From Polyangiaceae bacterium (GTDB taxonomy: Bacteria > Myxococcota_A > Polyangia > Polyangiales > Polyangiaceae), in NCBI GenBank assembly GCA_025353725.1, contig JANXOF010000021.1, positions 20,945 to 84,944 of the forward strand: a stretch of DNA of 64,000 nucleotides, read 5' to 3'. The notes below the pieces were generated by a model that saw only the letters and a program-made list of their open reading frames with translations, had not been told where the DNA came from and did no database searches. Positions within the stretch are counted from its first letter, which is position 1, and each line of letters starts with the position of its first letter. The position numbers and the translations under genes are program-made. Shown piece by piece: positions 27,838-34,931 of the stretch.

Positions 27838-28545
27838 TCAGCGCTTTTTCTTCGTGCGGCGTACGGCTGTCATCGGGGATGCTCCCGGATCTGCGGCCTC
27901 GCGGTTGTACGCCGCGCGCTTTCCGGCGTCCTGCACCGAAGGGGGCGTCGACGCGAGCGCGGCCACGAGTGAGCGCGTCGCCCACACTGCGGCCTGCTCC
28001 GCTTCTTCTTCGCTCATCCCTATAACGTCGCGAAGCCACTGCCACATCGGCGGGTAGGAGAACGCCATCACCGGCCCCAGCGCAGTGAGTAGCGTGCGGT
28101 TATCCAGGTGCGGCGCCACGCTTCGCAGGTTCTCGAGCGCCGCATCCACGTAGGCTGACCGCGTGCAGCTGCGATGACCGCTCCACGATGAGGAGGTCCA
28201 GATTGCGCGGAGGAGCCCCTGGTATAGGGCGAAGCGCGGGAAGCGGCCGCGCGGTAGCTCGTGCAGAAGCGAAGGCGGCGGGAGCGGGTCGCGCGTGCCC
28301 AAGTGCGGCAGCACCCACTCGTAGAGCGAGCGCATGAGGTCGTCGACTGTGCGGAAATTCGCGTACGCAGTGGGCGGCGTCACCCCCGCAAGCCGCGCGA
28401 GCTTCGGCAACGTGAGCTCTGATGCTGGGTGGGACTCAAAAAAGAGAGCCGCCGCCGCCAGCAATCGCTCGCGCGTTGCACGAGCATGCTCCTCGCGCGT
28501 CAGCGAACTCTTTCGGTGCGATGTCTTTTTCGGCGGCGCGCTCAT
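27838..28545 (-). CDS. TetR/AcrR-family transcriptional regulator
   Basis: TRERLLAAAALFF...LTLPKLARLAGVTPPTAYANFRT HTH; 10 bp upstream of the cupin gene. Confidence 0.85.
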   Translation of the reverse strand: MSAPPKKTSHRKSSLTREEHARATRERLLAAAALFFESHPASELTLPKLARLAGVTPPTAYANFRTVDDLMRSLYEWVLPHLGTRDPLPPPSLLHELPRGRFPRFALYQGLLRAIWTSSSWSGHRSCTRSAYVDAALENLRSVAPHLDNRTLLTALGPVMAFSYPPMWQWLRDVIGMSEEEAEQAAVWATRSLVAALASTPPSVQDAGKRAAYNREAADPGASPMTAVRRTKKKR

Positions 28546-28734
28546 CGTCCTCGTTCGATCTGTACCCCGTAAGGTGGATATCGCTCACGCCGAAGATCAC
28601 GCTCACTTTAGCATCTCAAATTAGAATGACAGTCGTAGCGCCGACGTCTAGCTTTACGATCGTAAAGTGACTGTTCGCAACCGTCGCGCATGCCGTGCGA
28701 CGGAGCGATAGTCCACCTTGCTTCGGGGGTACCC

Positions 28735-30252
28735 ATGAAGACTCGTTGTTTCCTGGCCGTGGTCGCGGCTTTATCGGTTGGCTCTTCGTTCATCGCGGCC
28801 TGCGACTGCGGCAGTACGTCGGACAGCAAGGCGAATGGCGGCTCCCCCGACGCCGCCGCTAACCCGAACGTGCCCGTCACGCCAGGGGCGGATGCATCGG
28901 ACGGCTCCGTCGTGTGCGACAAGCACCTCCTCGCCGGCTTCTCGCAGGCACTTACGTCCTCGGTTGACCCGCTCTTCGGTCAGTACGCGACGATGGTTCT
29001 CGACGAGAACGACGACCCGCTCGTTGCCTACGCCGCGGTGAAGGCGAGCGTCGACGGCAATGTTGCGCCCGGCACTTGTTCGCCGCAGGGCGGAAACGTA
29101 ACCGGCTGCCAGGGCGTGTACTTCACTCGGTGGGACCCCTGCGTAGGGGCGTTCACCCCTCCGGTGGTCATCGAGTCGAACTTGAACACGTACAACGCCA
29201 CCGGCGTCCCACAGGTCGCGCTCGCGTACGATCCGACAACCAAGGAGATCGGCGTCGGCTACCAAAAGACTTTGCCTACAGACCCAAACTGGTCCGACGC
29301 GTTCCAAGCGATTTATTTGGGTACCCGCAAGGCGGGACAGACCGCGTTCACTGTGCAACAGGTGAGCGACAACGTTCGCAGCGGTCCGACGGACGTTTCG
29401 ACCGCCACCGTCCCCGCGCTCGCGATGGGCAACGGCAAAATCTACATGGCGTTTACGACCGGTACCGGCGCGCCCTCGCCGTGCCCGGCGAATCACATGT
29501 GTCTTCGGTTCCTGTCCAGCACGAGCGCCTCCAACCCTGACGCCGGCAATCCGGACGGTGGAGCGGTGCCGCACTCGTTTTCTTACGCGTTGGTGCCGAA
29601 CTCGGCGGGCTTCGGCGGGTTCGCAATTCCTCGCGAGCTCTCGATAGCAGTCGCCATCGACGGCATGGGCAGGCCCGCGGTGGCGTACCTTGAGGCACCT
29701 GAGCTCGGCTACAACACGGTGCTGAACTACTGGCGCTCCGATATGACGGACTCCGTAAAGGTGACCGACACGAACAACGTCCAAAACGACGATGTCACCG
29801 TGAATTTGGCATTCGTCGGCACGAAGCCGCGCGTCGCAGGCCTCCTCACCAACGATGGGGCGACCCACGGGATTACCTACGCGAGCTCACCCAACGAGGG
29901 CACCACCTGGAACGCAGCCGTTCCGATACTCACAAGCGGTGGAGCCGGGTTCTACACGAGTCTGGCTGCATCCAGCACGGCCGAAGCGATTACATCGCAC
30001 CATAACAACTCGCCCTCGGCCGACTCGGTCGCCGCGGGCTGCACCACCAATCCGATCGTCGCGCGCTCGACGAACGGCGGCACATCCTTCAGCGGCTGCT
30101 CGCTTCCCCGGGATGTAGATATGAATGGCACGCTCTCGAGCGCCTACGGAACAAGTCGCCTCGCGGGCAAGCTCGTCGTCGTGGGCAACGCCAAGGACAC
30201 CGTCGCCGACGGCGGCCCAGGCCACGGCATCGTCTATTTCCAGGACCCTTAA
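28735..30252 (+). CDS. Lipoprotein with BNR/Asp-box beta-propeller-like domain
   Basis: Start reassigned to ATG 28735; lipobox IAAC; Asp-box-like SSPNEGTTW and RSTNGGTSF; PDAG/DGG linkers. Confidence 0.65.
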   Translation: MKTRCFLAVVAALSVGSSFIAACDCGSTSDSKANGGSPDAAANPNVPVTPGADASDGSVVCDKHLLAGFSQALTSSVDPLFGQYATMVLDENDDPLVAYAAVKASVDGNVAPGTCSPQGGNVTGCQGVYFTRWDPCVGAFTPPVVIESNLNTYNATGVPQVALAYDPTTKEIGVGYQKTLPTDPNWSDAFQAIYLGTRKAGQTAFTVQQVSDNVRSGPTDVSTATVPALAMGNGKIYMAFTTGTGAPSPCPANHMCLRFLSSTSASNPDAGNPDGGAVPHSFSYALVPNSAGFGGFAIPRELSIAVAIDGMGRPAVAYLEAPELGYNTVLNYWRSDMTDSVKVTDTNNVQNDDVTVNLAFVGTKPRVAGLLTNDGATHGITYASSPNEGTTWNAAVPILTSGGAGFYTSLAASSTAEAITSHHNNSPSADSVAAGCTTNPIVARSTNGGTSFSGCSLPRDVDMNGTLSSAYGTSRLAGKLVVVGNAKDTVADGGPGHGIVYFQDP

Positions 30253-30370
30253 GTCCCCGAACCACGAAGGTTCTCGATACGCCTTTCCCCGCGGGCTCGT
30301 TTGAGCACGCGGGGATTCGTTTACGTCGACTTCGACGAAGGCGGTGCGGGCCGTCTCGCGCCGAGAGTGG

Positions 30371-30512
30371 CGACGGACATCGAGGTGCGAATCCGGCAAC
30401 ACGCGTGGGCCGCGCTCTCGGGTAGGGTCCTCGCTTCGGCGGTCGATCGCGTCGACGAGTTCGCGCGCTGGGACGTGCGACCCGTGTCGGCGCGTTATGT
30501 CGTCGGCAACGG
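30371..30512 (+). repeat. 142-bp diverged direct copy of an internal piece of the gene at 38061-39200 (matches 38323-38464)
   Basis: Manual alignment at constant offset 7952 with 10 mismatches in 142 nt and no gaps; encodes TDIEVRIRQHAWAALSGRVLASAVDRVDEFARWDVRPVSARYVV. Confidence 0.9.
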
Positions 30513-30535
30513 GGGGGCCTACGCGTGGAGCGGTC

Positions 30536-30973
30536 TCACTTGAGCGCAGGCGCGGGTGGCGGCGAAGGCACGTTGCCCGGGTTGGGGTCTCGCTTGCCGT
30601 TCTTTGCCTCCCAGGCAGCGCCCTTTTCGGCGCACGCCGCGAGCTGTCGCCTGAATTCGGCAGGGTCTCGGGCCTCGAGACTCGCGTCGACGGCGCAAGC
30701 CGCGCCTTCATCGCTTCGCGGGCAGGTTCGCTTTGCCGCGCCCGTGCCAGACGCTGTGGCCGCCGTCAAGACACGGACGCTATCGCTCTCTGCAGCTCCC
30801 GAATTCGGACCGCGGGTGTCGGCCTCGCTCGAGCCCGTTTCGGCCTCGCAACCCTCGTCAGTTCCATCGACGAGCGCGCTTTCCTTGCGACTGGCGCCTT
30901 CTTGATCGGGAGCGGCGCAACCGAAAGCGGAGAGTGCACCCGCGACGATAAGCGTAACCACAAGCTTGTTCAT
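30536..30973 (-). CDS. Small lipoprotein, hypothetical
   Basis: GGAGG SD before ATG 30973; lipobox AFGC; paired Cys. Confidence 0.65.
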   Translation of the reverse strand: MNKLVVTLIVAGALSAFGCAAPDQEGASRKESALVDGTDEGCEAETGSSEADTRGPNSGAAESDSVRVLTAATASGTGAAKRTCPRSDEGAACAVDASLEARDPAEFRRQLAACAEKGAAWEAKNGKRDPNPGNVPSPPPAPALK

Positions 30974-31139
30974 GACTAACCTCCAGGGAAGTGCACCGTT
31001 CCGTGCGTGCACACCCGGTCTGAAGCAGAGGTCATGCCACTGCGGCACGAACGCGAAGCCTCGAGGAATAACGCGCTGCGGAGGATGTGCAAGCTGCGCG
31101 ATCGCTGTTTAGAAACCACACCTTGTAGGGTGCAAACAC

Positions 31140-31369
31140 GATGCCTCTTCGAATGGCGCCGGCCTCGCCGGGGCGTGGTCGCCTTGAGCTTAGAAGCCGC
31201 CCGATACGCCTGCCGCAGTGCCACCGAAGTACGGAGAGACGGTGATGCCTCGCGAATGCGAAGCATCCACTCCACGCGATCGATCTCTCGTTGGCTCATG
31301 GTGATTAGGTCCGCCCAGGTCATGGCGAACCCGATAGGCCGGACCCGACATTTTCATCTGGGGCCTACA
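31140..31369 (-). mobile_element. IS1202/IS481-like (ISNCY) left-end remnant
   Basis: Minus strand begins TGTAGGCCCCAGATGAAAATGTC (TGT-type terminus); ORF from 31323 reads MTWADLITMSQREIDRVEWMLRIRE...RQAYRAA...RRGRRHS, resembling the ITMSxRELDR...RGRPS N-terminus of these transposases but internally deleted. Confidence 0.55.
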
Positions 31370-31374
31370 GGGCG

Positions 31375-31403
31375 GGATCGCATAATCCAGGATTATGTCG
31401 CCT
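31375..31403. other. dif/xrs-like tyrosine-recombinase site with a 7-bp central region
   Basis: GGATCGCATAA-TCCAGGA-TTATGTCGCCT. Left arm is 9/11 identical to the E. coli XerC arm GGTGCGCATAA, right arm 7/11 to the XerD arm TTATGTTAAAT; inner CATAATCC-A-GGATTATG is a perfect palindrome. Confidence 0.5.
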
Positions 31404-31494
31404 TCCTCCTCGGAGCGACCCCGCTTGCACGGCCTATCCACTTAACATCGCCGACCGCGCGCGCCTGCTCAACGGGAATGCCCGAAGGTGCGGT

Positions 31495-31675
31495 GAACGG
31501 CGGGCGCCGTCCTGATGTGCAGCTTCACCACTGTGATGGGCTACGGATCGCTGGTCTTTTCGGACTTCCAGGCTCTCGAGGGCTTCGGCAAGCTCGCGGT
31601 GGTGGGCGAGGTGGGATGCGTCTTCAGCGCGGTGTTCTTGGTGCCGGCGCTCTCCGCCGCGCTGGGGTCGGTCTC
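31495..31675 (+). pseudogene. C-terminal fragment of an MMPL/RND-family transporter
   Basis: TAGAVLMCSFTTVMGYGSLVFSDFQALEGFGKLAVVGEVGCVFSAVFLVPAL matches the last TM helices of MMPL/SSD-like proteins; the rest of the gene is absent. Confidence 0.7.
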
Positions 31676-31774
31676 GCGAATCCGCGTCTTCGGGGGTGGC
31701 GGTACGGAGGAAAAAATAGCCGCCACGTCAGCAGCAGACCAGAGGTCGCCCACGCTTCAAGAAGTTGGGAACGG

Positions 31775-32758
31775 TCATGGCAGGAGCCACTCGATCGGTT
31801 GCGCGGGGTCGGCCCTGAACGCGAGCACGGTTTCCGCGATGAGGTCCATGCCGAGCATCCCGCGTGGCTCGGGCATCTCGGGACGAACTAGCAGTCTGGG
31901 CACGGCCAACACCGCCGCTGTCCCGACCCGCAAGTGCTGCCCGAGCACGTCTTCGCCATGTATCGACCCACCGCTCGCACCGCGCCCAACCCGCGTGGAG
32001 GCCGACCCTCGCAGCCCCGGAACGATCGACGCCGCTACCTCAGTTTGGGGACCTCCTGTGTTGAACATCATTGGGACCGCTGCAAAGGGGTCAATCGCAG
32101 CCCGCGTCATCACGAGCTGACCCGACTCACGTTGGAGCGACACAAGCCGAAGTCGCGGGTGCCGTGCCCGGAGGCAGGCGGCCGTGTACATGGCATCGAC
32201 CTCGACGACCGATAGACGATGGTCGACGAAATCAAGGAGGACCAGAGCTGATGCGTGCAAGTGCTGTGGGCTCACAATGCCTCCAATGCCACTTGCATCG
32301 AAGTAAGCGGGCCCACGGATGGCAACTGCGCCATGCAGCGCGACGTCGCTTCCGCCAATCTGAGCCGCTACCTTGCCGACCTCCCAACTCTCCACCGGCT
32401 GGCCAGCGTGGTCAGTGCCCGGCTCGGAGGGCGCGAGCGTCAAACCCGCACGCAAGGCCAGGTCGCGGGTAAGCACGTGAGTGGTGGCGCCCGTATCCAC
32501 GATGAGCTTCGTATCGACGCCCCGGATCCGCGCGCGCACCATTGGAGCGGGCCACGCACCTCGGGCGTCGTCGAACGACAGCGGTGTCTCAACCAGGATC
32601 CGCGCAGGACAGTTCGCCGAGGATTCTGTTGTAGCTCCGTGCGACGCACCCTGCACGGCGAGCGACGAAGCGGGGGGAGTGGCGCAGCCAGCGATGAGAA
32701 TCGCCACGACCGAGCCACCGTGGGGCGATCGTGAGCCGGAAACGCGCAGCTGCCTCAT
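31775..32758 (-). CDS. Lipoprotein with tandem retropepsin-like aspartic protease domains
   Basis: Lipobox IAGC; first domain LIVDTGAT; second domain MFNTGG; GIGGIVS / GMLGMDL flap-region motifs. Confidence 0.75.
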   Translation of the reverse strand: MRQLRVSGSRSPHGGSVVAILIAGCATPPASSLAVQGASHGATTESSANCPARILVETPLSFDDARGAWPAPMVRARIRGVDTKLIVDTGATTHVLTRDLALRAGLTLAPSEPGTDHAGQPVESWEVGKVAAQIGGSDVALHGAVAIRGPAYFDASGIGGIVSPQHLHASALVLLDFVDHRLSVVEVDAMYTAACLRARHPRLRLVSLQRESGQLVMTRAAIDPFAAVPMMFNTGGPQTEVAASIVPGLRGSASTRVGRGASGGSIHGEDVLGQHLRVGTAAVLAVPRLLVRPEMPEPRGMLGMDLIAETVLAFRADPAQPIEWLLP

Positions 32759-32869
32759 GGTGGGTACGTTTTTATCAAAGCAAACGACTCGGCGTCGAGC
32801 GCACCGCGACGGTCATCGGCATGGGCAGCCACGCGCCGATCGGCCAGCCGATCTTGCGGGCCGAGGACG

Positions 32870-33110
32870 TGACGATATGCACGCCGGCGTGCAGGTTGAA
32901 GCCTTCGTACTCGGCGGTAAAACGCCGCTTGCTAGATGCGCCATCGCCGGAACCGCCGTCGTTGTCGTCGTCGGGAAGCTTCGCGAAGGCCCCGCGCTGC
33001 ATCGCGATCGTGGCGCACGCGCCGATCGCGTCCGACTCCGCGCTGTCGTTCGAGCGCTCTTCGAGCGGGCGCGCGTCGAAGTGGCCGGCACGTCCCGTTG
33101 GAGAGCACCG
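32870..33110 (-). mobile_element. IS91-family (Y2) transposase remnant
   Basis: DAIGACATIAMQRGAFAKL...RRFTAEYEGFNLHAGVHI matches the GFxLHAGV segment of deltaproteobacterial IS91-like transposases; both flanks are lost. Confidence 0.55.
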
Positions 33111-33361
33111 CGTGTTGCCTAGGGCGCGCATGCAAGTCTCCTCAACAGAGCGACGATTCCCCGCGAGGGTTGCGGCGTTCGGCTTGGCAGAACGGCGATT
33201 ACGCGTTGGGGAAAGGGAGTTCCGCGGAACAGAATGACCTTTTCGCGCCGGGGAAGTCTCGCGCGGCGCGCGGGATCGCGAGATGCTTGTCGGAGCGCTG
33301 CAATCCCGTATGCTCGCGCTCAGGGGCAGACGTGTAATGAGGAAGCCCCCAAGGAGGCCTT

Positions 33362-34054
33362 GTGGCTCGTCAAACGAATCCCCATCAGCGTGCGTACGGG
33401 CAAGCCGTCATTAATCGCCTTGCCGCGGAGACGGTGCCCGCAGGGCTCAAAGTCCCCGTAAAAGATTTCAAGGAAGCGCAGCGCGATCTCGAGAAGGCCA
33501 CGAAGGCAACGGAGGAGTCACGCGCCGCGCGCGACGCCGCGCTCGAGGGCGTGGCGACGGCAGACGCAACACTCGACGAACTCGTCGACACGCTTGCGAA
33601 CGCGCTCGTTGGCGCCGGGCTCGGCACGCGGCGTAAACCTTTGGCGTCCTTTACGCGTCGGTCGGTGAGCGACATCGTAAGCCTCGCGTACGCCACGGAG
33701 GCCAAAGAAGTGCGGGCGATCTGCCGCGCGATTCGAAAGGCGAAGCCCGACGCAAGCGTTGCAAAAGTGATTGGGCAATGCGAAGAGCAGCTTGCGGCGG
33801 TGGACCGTGCCATCGCGGCCATCGCCAAACCGCAGGCCTCTTACGCCAAGGCGCTTGCGAAGCGTGACGCTCTTTTCCCGGAGTGGACGCGCCGCCTAAC
33901 CCGCCTCAAACGCCACGCCGCCGTCGCCTGGGAAAACGAGCCCGCCCTCGTGAAGAGCACCTTTGCGCCTCCCGATGCACTCGCGGCCCCCAAAGCGAAG
34001 CGACGGAAGGTCACCGGGACGCCAGAACCGGTGACGCCAGCGGCCACAGAGTGA
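33362..34054 (+). CDS. All-helical hypothetical protein
   Basis: Strong AAGGAGG SD before GTG; Ala/Lys/Arg-rich amphipathic helices; GC3-biased codons. Confidence 0.7.
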   Translation: MARQTNPHQRAYGQAVINRLAAETVPAGLKVPVKDFKEAQRDLEKATKATEESRAARDAALEGVATADATLDELVDTLANALVGAGLGTRRKPLASFTRRSVSDIVSLAYATEAKEVRAICRAIRKAKPDASVAKVIGQCEEQLAAVDRAIAAIAKPQASYAKALAKRDALFPEWTRRLTRLKRHAAVAWENEPALVKSTFAPPDALAAPKAKRRKVTGTPEPVTPAATE

Positions 34055-34089
34055 CCTTGCGCAACGCGAGATTCGCCAGTTGCACTCAG

Positions 34090-34929
34090 TTACCGAGTGC
34101 GAAACGAATTTCGGCTACGAGAGGTGGGTTTCGCGGCCGGTGGCTTGCGCACACGTGCAGCCTTGGGCGCTACCGGTCGCGTCGGAGCCGCGTCCATCTC
34201 GATCCCGAAGATGTCGGCGAGCGCGTCATCGGCGAGGGCTCGCGGGCGAGGGCGGGCCGCCTTGGTCGCGGCGCGGCCGACGGATTTCGCGATGAGCTGC
34301 GTCGCATCGACGCCGCGCAGCCGGAAAAGAAGCTCGGGTTTGTGGTCGAGACGCGCGCCCACTCCGTACATCGCGGCCGCAACGTGTTTGCACATCGTCG
34401 CCCAGTCTGGACACGAGCACGACAGATCAATCTCTCGCGGGCTTGGGAAGATGCCTCGCACTCTGTCCGTCACGATCTCCATGACTCCGCGCGAGAGCTT
34501 GCCTCCAAGGAGCTCGACAAGCGAAGTCACCTGTCCTGAACATTCGTCGATGACCGCATCCCAGCGAGCGCGACCGAGGGCCTTGATGACGAGCTTCACC
34601 GTGTACGTGCTGCTCCCGCGGACGATGGCCTCGATTTTCGCATCACCGATCTCGAGGTGCACGATCGCGCCGCTGCGGACGTAGCTCCGTCCACGAGGCA
34701 GGCGGTTCGCGTAGTCGCTGTACGACTCAAGGTTGTCGCACCATGCCTTTCCCCAGAACGTCGTCGTGATCTTGCGCCCCTCGATCACGACGGGCGTGAC
34801 CTTGCGCCCGTTCTTGCGTAGCGTTGCGGCCTCCTTCGAAGCCTGCTTGCGCCGCTCGGCGACGGGTACGTAAGCGGGCCACGCCGATTCGTACGAGCCC
34901 CCGGTGCTTCGGCCCCAGCCACGCGCCAT
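34090..34929 (-). CDS. SWIM zinc-finger protein
   Basis: CSCPDWATMCKHVAA (CxCx6CxH) SWIM motif; NRLPRGRSYVR and LLFRLRG conserved blocks. Confidence 0.9.
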   Translation of the reverse strand: MARGWGRSTGGSYESAWPAYVPVAERRKQASKEAATLRKNGRKVTPVVIEGRKITTTFWGKAWCDNLESYSDYANRLPRGRSYVRSGAIVHLEIGDAKIEAIVRGSSTYTVKLVIKALGRARWDAVIDECSGQVTSLVELLGGKLSRGVMEIVTDRVRGIFPSPREIDLSCSCPDWATMCKHVAAAMYGVGARLDHKPELLFRLRGVDATQLIAKSVGRAATKAARPRPRALADDALADIFGIEMDAAPTRPVAPKAARVRKPPAAKPTSRSRNSFRTR

Positions 34930-34931
34930 GG

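Noticed and set aside
30301-30543. 80-aa ORF with RNP1-like RGFVYVDF
   Set aside because: Chimeric: most of it is the duplicated fragment of the 38061 gene; the RNP1 resemblance is likely chance.
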